A stretch of DNA of 63,975 nucleotides, counting the filler, from Craspedostauros australis (lineage: Eukaryota): NCBI GenBank assembly GCA_030167865.1. It is 5 parts of 5 records of this genome, joined end to end, with 100 filler letters (N's around TTAATTAATTAA, not from the genome) between each part and the next. Parts side by side here need not be neighbours in the genome. Positions count along the whole stretch, not along the records: positions 24,020 to 41,180 come from JALAGF010003662.1; positions 41,281 to 62,637 come from JALAGF010003663.1; 3 more parts are not named here. One strand, 5' to 3'. Of this stretch, positions 35,613-48,300 are shown piece after piece (position 1 is the first letter of the stretch; every line of letters starts with the position of its first letter). A program made the position numbers and the translations under genes. Below the pieces are notes generated by a model, which saw only the letters and a program-made list of their open reading frames with translations, was not told the origin of the DNA and searched no databases.

Positions 35613-36086
35613 CTGCAAATCGTAGTAGTAGTATTGTATGTGTGAGGTACACCTGTGATTCGAATGGTTGTGTGCACATCGTCTGCTTGATGGCATGGAG
35701 GATTGTGATGTGATGTGCGGTGTGCGATGCCTTTTTTTGTTTTGTGATGAGTGATGTGATGAGTGATGTGATGAGTGGTGTGATTTTTGTGGCGCAGACC
35801 GTTATTTTTGTGTCGTGAATGATGTGCGCCGCGGAGCCATCGCGTTGTGCCGCGGAGCAAGGGCCACGTGCTGCGAGACGCACTCACGTCTTGTGTTGTG
35901 AGTGGTTTCGAATGACGTCGAATCCGTCCTGTGACGTAGAAGACGGATCAGGGAGAGCCAACACAAAATAGCTCTAAATATTCAATCACCGTTTCTCCCC
36001 AAAGCAAGCAAACCAGTGGCAACAAGGGGCCAAAACTCTACAACTAGCGTTATCGTGACCCAGTTTACGGTTTGGCGCAGGTCGTA

Positions 36087-36252
36087 CCCTCTTGTGACCA
36101 AAGCCAGAATCCGACAAAAAATGTTGCTTTCGCCCTGGACCACTCCCGCCCGCCGGAAAAGTCAATCCCAAGCGGAGAGCATCATTGGTCCTCCTGGGTT
36201 CGCGACTCTTCCTGGCTGGGGGACCCAAATGCTTGTCTCGTGTGTGCTTCGC
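36087..36252 (+). repeat. 166-bp dispersed repeat, copy 2, directly upstream of LINE ORF1
   Basis: See copy 1; begins directly after the right TA of the mariner element. Confidence 0.95.
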
Positions 36253-36394
36253 AGGCCAGTCCACTATGACACACAAACGTTATATTCTAGAATACAGTCC
36301 CGTGACCCTTCCACCGTTGAAGACGTACGTAGGACCAGTACAAAAAAATTTACGTAGAACCTGTAGAATCACTACCAGAGCAAAATCTTTGACA

Positions 36395-38801
36395 ATGGTG
36401 CGCACAGACGCACAAAACAACACTGGCAAAGCCAACCAGACGCCTCGCAAGCAAGTGACAATGGCACAGGGACGTTCAGGACGCGGCGGTCGTCAGGCCC
36501 GTGGCAAAGGCGCAAGTGGGGGAGGACGAGGAGGCAAGAGACAGAGCAGAGACTCTCCGCCCAAAAAGGCACAAAAAACCACACCTCCGGCGAACGCGAA
36601 CCGTTGGATTTGGAGTCATCACCACAAGAGAAACTGGGGAGACATCCTGCGCGAGCGCAACCTGTTCACCCGAGGATCCGACCCGTTCACCGCGGTGTCC
36701 GGAGCCGAGGGGTCCCTCGATGAGACCATCGCATTCGTCAAAGAGATGAGAGAGGACCTTGCCGGAGGGGCGTCACTGGAGCAGTGGAAGAAGCTATTCG
36801 AAGATGCGTACGACAACAAACTCCCAGCGGATTCCAACCTCACCGTGGTGCAAGTCATGGTGCGCTTGATAGCGATGTCGAACACTTTCTCTTCGTCGAT
36901 GTGGAAGCTCGGTCAGATCAGAGCAACCCACGAGACAGCGGCATGGATCGCGGCGCGCACGGTGTTCATGGAGGTCAAAGGTATTCACTTGGACAAAGAC
37001 GACGGCACAGAAGAGACCCAGGCAACGTCTCCAAACCCATCCTCGAAAAAGAAATCCCGCAAGCCCAGACACAAAGTGGTCACGTACCCAAGGAAGCAGC
37101 CACAGGCCAGGGAACTCATCAGCGTGAACGATGCGCTCAGCGACTTCCACAAGACCTTTTTCGACATCCGACTACCAATGTCCAGAGAGGGCAGTGAAAC
37201 CCCGCTGGTGTAAGTGACAGCCGGCCTCAACGCGCTACGAGCATTCATCTTCAGAGCGGATTCCAAGGCACAGATCTTGGCGTGGCGTATGAGCAAGGAG
37301 CTCCGCCCGTGGACAGTGGCGGACGTGGCGTGGACCAACCGCGAAACACTGAAACAGTTCGTGGAGAGCTTGTACGCCAGAACCGGCTTCATGACTTACA
37401 CCCGCATCTGGGTGGCGCACAAGCAGGACTTGGACGCCTTCGAAGACGACGGGTCGCTTGCCTCTGCTGCAATCTCGTTCAAGAGATCGCAGATTCAGGA
37501 GCACAACATTGTGGCAGCCGGGTGGCTTTTCGGTAGCCACAGTTCGATGAACACCGATGACATGTCGGAGGTCATCAACGAGAACGAGCTGGTGAAGAAC
37601 CACTGCGTTGTCCAGCTCCGCATTCGCGAAATCCAACTCGTGAAGTGCCGAGGAAGACGTCCTGACACGGATGACTTCCGCAACAGGCCCCGAGCCACAC
37701 ACATCCTGTGCGGGGAGTCGAAGTCCAGAGAGTGCCGCCTGGCGATGAAAGAAATGTTTAACAACAGAGCAGACACCGTTCGCCTGTTGGGAAAACAGAT
37801 GAGATTCATGCCGGACGCCTTGGACCAACGCTTCCACCACCCACCCTCGGAGCTGGCGAACCTGAGCTCGATGGTTGCTCACCAAGTCGCGTTTGAGAAG
37901 AAGATGGTAACGCAAGGAGTCTACTCCATCATGCAACTGGACGTGGAGGTGCCAATTTGGAATCTCACACTTCGCGAAGTCATCATGAACCTGCGATCCT
38001 TCGACAACCCTGACTACACCCTCTTCGTATCGGTCGACACGGACAAGATGGACCGAAACAGAACAACATTTGTCTTCCATCCAAAACGACAAGTGGAGGC
38101 ACGTGAGCTGATCTCGAAGCTGCCTTTCTTTTGCAGCAAGAAACTGGATCACAAATGCCAGGGCTGGTTCACACCGGAAGCCTGGGCCCAAAACGAGTTC
38201 TACGAAGAGGACTGGGAAACCGGCCTGGTCAGGAGCAAAGAAGAGCTTGAGATGGGTCAGTTGGCCCAGGCGGGAGCCCACTTTCTGGACCTGGATGAGG
38301 AGGAGATGGTCGGTCTCACCGCGGCAGATGTGGGATGGGAAGGATACGTCGACGAGCATGGAAACATGAAACCGGTGCTGTTGCTGAAGTTTGAAGTGGA
38401 AATGGTTACAAACCCAAGAACACAGAACGGCGACAACGGCACGGTGGCAACCTTCGCGACAGCCACAGTCGCCCAACAGTCTGCGCACATTGGATCGGCC
38501 ATCACGAGCACGGCGAGGAACAAATCAGCAAACCCCCATCGCTTTGCAACGGATCCATCGGCAAAGACGGACTTCGACGTGGACAACCCAGGCATCAGTA
38601 TCCCTGAAGGAGAAGAGAGCAACACCGACGAGGCAGGCTCCCCAGCAGGAGAGAGCGCGAAGGAAGGAGACAGCGGAGAGAGCACGAGCGAGGACGAGGG
38701 CAAAGAGGAGGAAGTCGAAAGCGACGAAGACATCAACATGAGTGACCCAATGGAAACCGAAACCACCACGAACATCGGCGAAGCAGCCGCACAGCAAGAG
38801 T

Positions 38802-38803
<2 letters not shown>
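36395..38803 (+). pseudogene. LINE ORF1 (~800 codons) with one in-frame stop
   Basis: ORFs ending at 37213 and starting at 37214 are in the same frame, split only by TAA. Basic RGG-rich N-terminus, acidic C-terminus, located upstream of the APE ORF. Confidence 0.7.
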
Positions 38804-38836
<33 letters not shown>

Positions 38837-40520
38837 AATGACGGTTGGGCTTCGCCCACTTTCGCACGCCAGCCCTGGCGTCATTGTGTCTAACGGTTAT
38901 TTTCTGCCTCTTTGCGCGCCGTACTGCTGTGTACGCGCGGCAGCCAGCCAGCCTTTACTCTCCGTTTCCAAGCGTGCCATGCCCCTTCACATGGCCACTT
39001 GCCAGTTGTGACACGCCGGCCGCTTCTGGCGAGACGTCAGTTTCTTCCGTTGCCTCTTTGGCTCCGCCAAACTGTTCATCTTCGCCGCCTTTTGTGTTTC
39101 CACCGCCCTTTTGCGCCTTGCTCACGCGCACTTTGGGCACTCTGTCATTGCTCCTGACGCAACTGACACAGCTCTCCTTTGGCTCACAACAACACCACTG
39201 ATGAAGTGAAAACGAAAGCCCTCTCCTGGCTTTGGTTGTTGCCAACCATGCTGATCCTACGGGGTACAATAAACGCTTTAAATCCAAATCGATTTTACTC
39301 GTTTTCCGTTTTTGGAACAGTCCTGCACGCTGGCCTGCTTCTGGTGCGCTTGTGTTTGCGTTCAAACGCACTCACTTGCTCGTTCTAGTTCGCAGCTCAG
39401 ACCTTCGGTCTTCGCCACTCACCCACCCACACACACACACACACACAACGAGACAAGACAGAAACAGCCAGCAGGGCAACAACAATCAGCGAATCCACAA
39501 GGTGAACCAGACAGGGCGACGCAGTTAAGCAACAAGCCAAGGTCAACGCGACAGAGACGACACGACACAGACAACACGACAGACAGGACCCTATACAGAC
39601 AACACAACACAACCAACACGACACAGAATAAGACAAAGATAGTACAACAAGACCAAGACAAAGACAACAAGAGGCAGAGAAACAACACCAAATGCAAGCA
39701 AAACACCAGACGGCTACAAGACAACAATCCACATCACGCCGTCACGGCCCATTGCCAACAAGGGAGCACGCTAATAAATAGGACGCGCGTCCCAACGTGA
39801 CACTCACGCCTACACAGCCATACCACAGCTTCCACAGAGTAGCGAACGGACACGATGGCTGACCAAGACAACCCACCGAACGCGAGTAGGCTAAACGATG
39901 CTTGCGGAGACGCGATGGAAAGCAAGACAAACGCGACAATTCGCATTGTGTTCCAGAACGCAGCTCAACTTCCCATTCACACCTACCAGCAGAATAATGA
40001 AGAGATCTTCGAATTCATAAAGACGAGCGATCTCGACATCCTGTGCCTGGCGGAAACAAACATACGGTGGGATCACGTCCGACCCCAGGACCAATGGTCG
40101 GAACGAACCCGGCGCCAGTTGCCGAGATCGAAACACGTCTTCGCATACAACACACACGACGACAAACGAGACCCCAGGATGTATGGGGGTGCAGGAGTGG
40201 TAGTGACAGCCCAAATCGCTGCACGCACATTCAAGAGCGGGGTCGACGAGAGTGGGATGGGAAGATGGTGCTGGACGCTTACCAAAGGAAAAAGCGACAA
40301 AAGGCTACGCGTTATTGCCGCGTACACGCCTTGCCGATCAACGGAAGGGACGAACACAGTTTGGTCCCAGCAGACGCGAGCACTGACATCGGCCGGTAGA
40401 GATGAAGACCCACACGAAGCATGGATCAAGGAGATCGCGAACGAAATAAGGACCTGGAAGGCCGCGGGCGAATCCATTATCCTGGGCGTGGACCTCAACG
40501 ACAGCACCATGGACAGCCGA
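36395..40520 (+). mobile_element. Non-LTR retrotransposon (APE type, resembling diatom Ambal/L1-like elements), 3'-truncated
   Basis: Large ORF1, a ~1-kb A/C-rich spacer with (CA)n tracts, and an ORF2 beginning with an AP endonuclease; no RT domain is visible. Confidence 0.8.
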
Positions 40521-40583
40521 ACCCTACACCATAATAACACATCGAGCACTCCAACTACACTCGTCTTGGTAGCATTCGAATGA
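39855..40583 (+). pseudogene. LINE ORF2 N-terminal apurinic endonuclease, truncated near 40520
   Basis: IRIVFQN, DILCLAETN, DESGMGRWCW, LRVIAAYTPC and IILGVDLN; the later catalytic SDH motif and RT are missing. Confidence 0.85.
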
Positions 40584-41280
40584 GTCGTGTGGTATTCGTG
40601 TACCACAGGACGAATACTGATGCAGTCATGAGACTCTTCGTGTGTGATGAATCGTAACGTCTTGATATCCGCAATTGCCGCAACCCTCATGTGGGATCGC
40701 TTTCTCGTCTCACAGACTGACTCGCAATTCAGATATATTGATTCCTCAATTCCACACCATCTTGTTGACACCTTGCAATTCAGATATATTGGTTCATCCA
40801 ATAGATCTGAATAAGAGGTCCTCAATTGCACAGCTTCAGAATTATGGCAGTACTGGTCATCGTGGACCTGAACGNNNNNNNNNNNNNNNNNNNNNNNNNN
40901 NNNNNNNNNNNNNNNNNNNNNNNNNNNNNNNNNNNNNNNNNNNNNNNNNNNNNNNNNNNNNNNNNNNNNNNNNNNNNNNNNNNNNAACTTGTGCAATCTC
41001 ATTGCATCATCATCATCATCTTGCATTGCACTCTTCATGCTCACAATTCTGACGTCAACAGATCAGAATTGGGCCAGCTTTCATTAACTTAATCATCTAC
41101 TTGAGCACACACACACAATACCAACCATCTACATACTTCATTGTCGGATCTGATCAGTCTCTATTTGAAGTAAGTACCCTNNNNNNNNNNNNNNNNNNNN
41201 NNNNNNNNNNNNNNNNNNNNNNNNTTAATTAATTAANNNNNNNNNNNNNNNNNNNNNNNNNNNNNNNNNNNNNNNNNNNN

Positions 41281-42940
41281 TGCCGCGTCAGCAATCTTCA
41301 TGATCTCTTGCAGTTCATCCTGGTTCGCCAACAGTTCTTTCATGTCACCAACGGGAACTACTGAGGTCGTTGTGGCTGAATCCGAACCACTTGCGACGTT
41401 GGGGATGTCTTGGTTTGCAGTCCTCGCCGTTGGAGATGGCGCGTGCTCTCTACCAGAGTTGCCATGCTGTGTGTGGTTGGTGGGTCTCTTTTCCCACGCT
41501 GCGTCGGCAAGTTTCATCAACTCGTCAAGTTGCGAATAGTCGTTCGACATCAACAGTGCCTCCAAATCGCCAATCGGGATCGTTTGATGCTGAACGACAG
41601 CGCTCTTCTGCTTCTTGTTGTCGCCAGCCCTACCGCCACTATGTTTCGTGATGTTCTCGACAAAAGCGGCGGTAGTGGCAGTGACAGCGGCAATGCGGCG
41701 CTTACGATTGAGGTGTGGAGCAGCATCAGCGCCAGTGTTGTCACTCAGAGCCACTGCTGATCCTCTGTCAGCCTCGTCGATGGGTTGTGTCGTCACTCCT
41801 TCTCCTTGGTCGACCGATGATCTGCCTTCGTCATTCGTAGTCTGGCCTTCCCCCGATCGCGCCTGTGGCTGTGTTGCAGCTCGATCCACACCACCAGAGA
41901 ACTCAATACTGGTGCTGTCGGTGGTGCTGCCTGTGACGTTTCTGGCCGTAGCCTCCGTCAAAACTCTGGGGATTGATGCAGATTGACTGGTTGGTTGCTG
42001 CTGTTGCCGCTGCGATTGAGCATCAACATCACCATCGTCGTGTTCTTCTTCCGCAGGCTCTTGGTTGTTGTGAAATCGGCGCTTTAGTTTGTCGACGCAA
42101 ATCCGTCCATTTCTGCTATTGGGTGTCTCCATGGCAGGAAACCAGAACTGACGAATGCAAACGTCGTCCAACACCCACTGCAGGTTGCGCGGTACGTACA
42201 CTCCAGCTTCAACTCCCATGTGATCCATCACATTCAGCTTGTTGACAGATATGTATGGAAATGGCCGCTGTTGCCTTTGCTGCTGCTGATCACTGCTTGA
42301 TCCTCTCGTGGTTGTATGCGCAGCAGTAGCAGCACTAGTTGCAGGTATGGGCGTCTCGATACAAGCGCCAGCGGCGGGCTGCGAAGTCGGAACAGCGTTG
42401 GTCCCACCTCTACTCACACCCTGATCCTGTGTCCCGCCGTGATTCGTCGGACGCTGAGGACGCCAGATCTCGTATTTCCACTCTTTGAGAGCCAGGAGCG
42501 CCCCTGGTTTGCAGAACATGTCCAGCAGAACATCCGTGGCTTTGGATTCTTCAATCAGATCCTGTTGGCAAGACTTGGAAAGGCTGACGTAGGTCCAGTG
42601 CTTTCCATCTTGCACCACCAGAGTGACCAACTTGTCAGCATCCACAGTGGTCGCAGTACCAGCAGCAGTGGCAGGAGTAGTCGCATTGGTGCTGCGTATT
42701 GATGTGTTTTGATTCCAAAAGGTCGGTGATTGTCGTTTCAGCACCTGGACAACCTTCGGTCTGCGATCTTTCGGCGGCAGACGGCCATTGGCAAGGCAGC
42801 ACTTCTCGCACGTAGATGCGATCCACGGTTCCACGCGCCCAGGCCCAGCAAAGACCGACAACGGCATCGTCCGATCTACCTGTCTCTCGTGCCACTTGCT
42901 GGCCTCTTCTGCTTCTTCTTTTACGCTCTTTGATTTGATC
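41281..42940 (-). repeat. Reverse-complement copy of 24020-25679 (includes the TPP1-like CDS from ATG 42867)
   Basis: Paired coordinates sum to 66960 at both ends and at the ATG; translated ORFs are identical; both copies sit at contig ends. Confidence 0.97.
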
Positions 42941-44467
42941 GAGATCACTAAACTTCCATCACATCACATCCTCTGTTCTTCCAACTTCGCATGGATGTTG
43001 AGCCTCGCCATCAAAAGCGCCTGCTGTACAAAATCGTCGATGTGTTGTGGATGTATCGTCTGCATCCATGCAGTTCACGTAGAGTATGGTGCAACGATCT
43101 ATTCTTCTCTTCACTTCACTTCACTCTCTCTTTCTGTCCACAACCATCACCTTCATCGCAATGTTGGCCATGGTATGACTATCGTCGCCTGTCTCGATGT
43201 CCTTGTTCATGATCATGTTCATGGTCATGATCATGTCGTTGATCGTGGTGGTGTGGATCGTGTGTGATTCTGTGTGTGTTGTGTTTGTTTGATCCAAAAG
43301 CCAAACTTCATTCCGTGTTGTCACGAATCACTTGTTAGTCAAACGAGTCGTGCCATATCACGATTCAGTCGTGAAAATGATCGCAACCAACAACATCCAA
43401 GTCCATTCCCGTTTCAGCTCCACTCCCGATTCATGGCGCACCCTGTCATTTCAACATCGGCCGGCGTTGCGCCTTCCGAAGTGACGCGCACGTCGACCTG
43501 CAATCGTGGAACTTCAATCAAGAACCGAATGGCGTTGCAACACGTCAAATCGGAAGCCGCTTCAACAGCCCACTTTATCAACGCAACATGATTGGTTCAT
43601 TCAAGTTTGGCGCATTCGTGCATCCGCCAAAATAACCGTAATTAAACGTCAATTGTATATTTCGTGGGATCGATCATCGGTTCGTGGGGAATGCGAGCTC
43701 GCGGACGTGCCGCTTCTTGTCCGTGCTTTTGTCTCAGCGACAAATGTGCTTGCCCTCTTCCCTTCGCCATGTTGTGTTTGGGCTTTTGGAGCTTGAAGTC
43801 CATCACATTTCCAGCAAGCCACGAAGGACCGTCAAAAATACGCGGAACTGACGCGTGCACAAATAGCGTATGAGAAAAGAAGGAAATGAAAGGAAGCCCA
43901 GACACGAAGCGATCTCCTCTCCGTTTTCGCCCCTCCTTCCTCCTTCCTTCTCTCTTTGTTCCTCTCTCTCTCTCTGTGACGGATGTCTGTGTTCTCGTTC
44001 GTGGTTGTGCGTCGTTGTGCGTCGTGGTTGTTGTTGGTGGTGGTGGCGTTGGGCGCAGATTGGCTTGATTACTGGTTGGACTTCGATCGACCACTGTATC
44101 CACCCAAACAAACGACCAAACAGGCGTCACAAATACATACAAACACACGCCTGCAAATCATTGATTCATTCACGTTGGCTGGTATGCTCGGCACCTCATC
44201 CTTCACGTCTCACTTCCAACCAACCCTCCATAATCCAACTTCCGAACACACATCTCATCTACGATTCAAAAGCCAAACAGAGCCAAACATAATCGGCATC
44301 CATCTCCCACAAAGATCAACAGGCACACAATCTCCACATCCCACCTTCCCACAAATCACAAACGAAACTAAACCGATCTCCTCATCCCACCTCTTCCAGT
44401 CAACCAACTCTCCATTCAATCAATCAACCAACTGAGTAACCAACCGAGTAACCAACCAACCACCACC

Positions 44468-45391
44468 ATGATCAACGATACCAACAACATGATGCCTGCC
44501 ATGTCAGCATCCATGCCATCCACACCCATCGCACCAACCAGAAAGCGATCAGTGCAAACCCTCGACAGAGAACGACGATGCAGACGTGAAGAATCCATCT
44601 TCCGACTTGCCAAGCGCTGCCGCACAGACAGCATTCATCATGATGATCATCACGATGGTGACAGCCGCGAAGATGACACTATCATCCCACTCCACCCAAT
44701 GTCTCCTCTCGCCATGGCCTCAATGGGAACAAGCATCCCATCGCTGCCGTCGTCGTCATCGTACACACTGCCAATCATCGATGATGATGACGAAGATGAC
44801 AGCGCCTGTGCCTCCAGCAGCCAGAGATTCAACACGCAGACTTTGCACTTCCTCCCACGAATGAGACCACGCCTTCTCAGCTTCGATTCCGAGGAACAGT
44901 ATCCGCGATCACCATCGTCCAACATGGACGACAGCCCGATGACGCCAGCACCTTTGCAGCGAGTGGCAGAGCAGCGCGACGATGTCAACAGCACTGAGAA
45001 CAACAACGAATACAATGTGTGCAAGTACGACTCCCCAATCGTGTCAATGTCGATGGCACCAGTCATGCAGTTGCGCCCACAACGTTGGACATCCCTCTCG
45101 ATGGAGGAGTCAGCGGTATCACCTCTGTCAGCAAGAGGTCCGCTCCCAGTTCTTCCATCATTGGACCAGCTCGATGCCGCCAGCGCCTCCAACGACGCCG
45201 AAGAGGACAGCACCAGCGGATTCTCTTGTATACTCACCACTCTTCGACCACGTTTCGGGCAGACCAGTGGTGTCGAGTCCACAGGACTGTTCATCCCCAA
45301 CAGCATTTCCTTCGATGAAGAGGACAGCAACAGCGTCCATCAACAACAACATGCTGAGACAACAGCAGCGGCAGACAACCTTCCATACTAG
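44468..45391 (+). CDS. Hypothetical low-complexity protein with recurring (L/M)RP(R/Q) motifs
   Basis: 307-aa ORF after a long CA-rich leader; Ser/Asp/Pro-rich. Confidence 0.7.
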   Translation: MINDTNNMMPAMSASMPSTPIAPTRKRSVQTLDRERRCRREESIFRLAKRCRTDSIHHDDHHDGDSREDDTIIPLHPMSPLAMASMGTSIPSLPSSSSYTLPIIDDDDEDDSACASSSQRFNTQTLHFLPRMRPRLLSFDSEEQYPRSPSSNMDDSPMTPAPLQRVAEQRDDVNSTENNNEYNVCKYDSPIVSMSMAPVMQLRPQRWTSLSMEESAVSPLSARGPLPVLPSLDQLDAASASNDAEEDSTSGFSCILTTLRPRFGQTSGVESTGLFIPNSISFDEEDSNSVHQQQHAETTAAADNLPY

Positions 45392-48300
45392 TATGGCACA
45401 TAGCATGGTGCGTGCCATTCTAAATCGCACATACATACCACCCCACACCATACAGATACACACAGACACAGATAGAGGCAATACAGATACACAGCAATGC
45501 CATGCATGGCAGTACACTGCACAACGGCAATGTCGATTTTCAACATTGTATTAAACAGCAACACAGTTATCATTTACGTACTTTCACATGTACCTCATTT
45601 GTTTCTGGTTGGAGTTGAGCAGAGTAGAGTAGATACCTGATCACCATAGTCCAAATCATGATCGTATCCGTCTTCGTCAGACCGCAACCGTTGTCGTCAA
45701 CGGAAGCGCCGTCCGATCCTCATGGCGGGAAGTGCCAACGAGCACCACCAACAACGTCATCAGCAACAGAGAAGGAGCAGGCATTCCGATTGGTGCATCC
45801 GCGATCCTCCCAATTCATGCATCCACAACAGCTAACATCATACGCATCACACTCACACTCACACTCACATACCAATCACAACCTGCCTCAGTTTTGACAC
45901 GATCTCATCTTTGCCGGTTATCAAGTTATCAAGTACGGTGAGCGATCAGGCATTCAAGTGCAACATCTGTATTTCTGGACTGTTCGGGACAGAAACGAAT
46001 GATATTTGGATGGAGAAAGAAATGAGATGGCTACGAAAGCAGGAAAGGAAAGCAAGAAGGGATGGCATGGTATGCGCTATTCGGCCGTCTTCCATCATTC
46101 ATTCGCAGGTATGAGCCTGCATCCAAGGCTACATCCTGTTCACTTTGAGGGTGGTGATGATTGGAATGCACGTGTCGAGATGCGCCATGGCGAGTCTGCG
46201 GACAGCCGTTCCGACGTCAGGATCTGAGGTTCCCTTTTGCAATTTGGAATGATGATTGCTCTGTTCGCGATGCCAATCATTGCTGGCCCTTCGGCCAGAT
46301 GGTGATCTCAGATGTAATGATCCACTCGCTTTGGCCTTCCGATCACATCCAAAAGGATGCTTCGAATGCCTCCCACGATGCCTCGCGGTTTGGGATTCTC
46401 CATTGTCAGCCTCCGCACACCAATGTGTGTCGAAGAGCTGAGACGAACAATGCGAATCTTGTAGACTCTCACTGCCTCGGCTCCGATGTGACAGGCACTT
46501 TCATCACAAGCCGCATCAGGCAAATGTGTGCTTCGGATCACGCCTGATCATCGCCGCGTTTAGCTGGCGGAGACGCAAACATCATCACACCATCTCTAAC
46601 AGCATCATTTGATGTGCTCAACATGGACCCCCGCACACAGGCCAATTTTTCGTTCGCTTCCTGTGAAATGAAGAAGAATACGATGGCTGGATGGATGAGA
46701 CAAAAGCCAGTCGCACTTGTGTCGCTGCTGTATAGGGGCGGAGTCTATCAGAGATGCCCCTGCGTCTCAGCACAGGACGGATGTCTGTTGAAATCACCAA
46801 GCTTGAGAATGATGGTGCTGTCTGCTCCACTGCCCATCTTCTTCTCTCCAGAGTGGAGACCATTGTGCGTGGGCCACATCCTGAGAGTGAGAACTCTCAT
46901 CGGATGTTTGCAATGCAGCTGTGTTCCATGTGCCAAATTGCCGGTAACAAGCTGGTGATCCAGCTGTTCGTGGCACTCATCATTGTTCGGTTGGCCGATG
47001 CAACATTGCAAGCACCATCTGCCAAATCGTCCTGCTACTCCTGATGTTGCTGATCATGACGACGACGACGCCATAGTCACATGGATGGCGATGATTGCGT
47101 GGGAGATGCTGCAGCATGTCGATAGAAGATCATTCCAGCGAGATGATATGCCGTGCCTCCATGGCTATCTGAAATGGTATCATACTGGTATCGCGGGTGT
47201 TGAACGTGGCAAGCTTCGCCGCCACCAATGGTTGATCGTCGAAGCTTGGTTGATTGATGCCATGTTGTTGGATTGGCTCCACATGTGCTGTCCTGTTCTA
47301 CGAACATGAGTAAGGGAGAGATAGGCAGAGCAGGCTCTTGTGGCAATTGGATGTTGCTGTCCCTGTTGCTTCTTGGTGTTGCTGTTGTGGGCACTGTTTT
47401 TTGGTGATGCGTCGAAGAATTTTGAAAAATGACGCAACACGGATGAGGTCCAGGATTTCTCTAGCTTTGTGAAATAGACAACGCCGATTGTTCCCTCGAG
47501 TTTCGGATCCGACCGGTCGATGCGTGACTACTCCGACTTTTGCAAAGTCGCGACCAGAACAAGACACTGACTCGAGAACAGAGGAAAACGGCATACAGAA
47601 ACGACTTTCCTGTTGTCTTGTTTGTGTCTTTTCACCCAACAGGGACAAATAAGATCGTGTGTCCACTTTCCAGGATCAAACATTGGGCTCATTAGCATCA
47701 TACATCATTGAAGCCGCTATGTCTGGGCAATAAGTATGCTTATTGCGCTGAGAGCTATTCGTACTTGGATATGTCGATGACAAATAATGACTAACACTCT
47801 GCGTTCTTCATGATGTCACGCCATTGTCGCAACATGATCCCAATGGGCCTCTGAATGCACCCAGGCGAATGCAAGAACAACATATCCGAGTGAACGGGAC
47901 CAATGGGCCAGCTTTGGCATTTGCTGTCGTGTTGAAACCGCGTGTTGGGACATGTGGAACAGCAACGAAACCGCTCACACAAACAACGACAGAACAAATC
48001 GATCCCGAACAGAACTCGTGCAAATCCACACAGAGAAAACACGAAGGCGGAAAACACGCACTGTGCCACACGACGAAAGAGGTGACCATCCCCACCAACA
48101 CGGTAGGTGAGAGAGAGAGGGAGAGAATGAGCGGCGGTGGTTGGCTGCCAGCGCGAAGTGAGAGAGGACAAAACAGGAAGACAACAGTGAGGAGTGTGAG
48201 ACACGAAGGAAGGGAGATCGATCCTTCCGCAACCAAAGCATTTCCGTGGGCAGTTTGACATCCTGGTACTGATTGAATTGCCTCTGGGCTCATCGACTTT

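Larger units (their letters stand above)
31343..36084 (+). mobile_element. Tc1/mariner-superfamily DNA transposon, 4742 bp, with both ends present but coding-defective
   Basis: TA at 31341-2 and 36085-6. Imperfect ~55-bp TIRs: left CGAGCTGTACGAAATGTAAAATGGGTCACGATACACTAGTTGTGGAGTTTTGG; right (reverse complement) CGACCTGCGCCAAACCGTAAACTGGGTCACGATAACGCTAGTTGTAGAGTTTTGG. Contains a transposase. Confidence 0.9.

Noticed and set aside
37211..37213. Programmed readthrough or recoding at the in-frame stops of LINE ORF1 and the transposase
   Set aside because: Three different stop codons plus a frameshift and a truncation point to decay; host genes use the standard code.
24020..42940. Giant element bounded by 1.66-kb inverted repeats
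   Set aside because: The two arms are on different contigs, both at contig starts and apparently identical; a dovetail overlap explains them.
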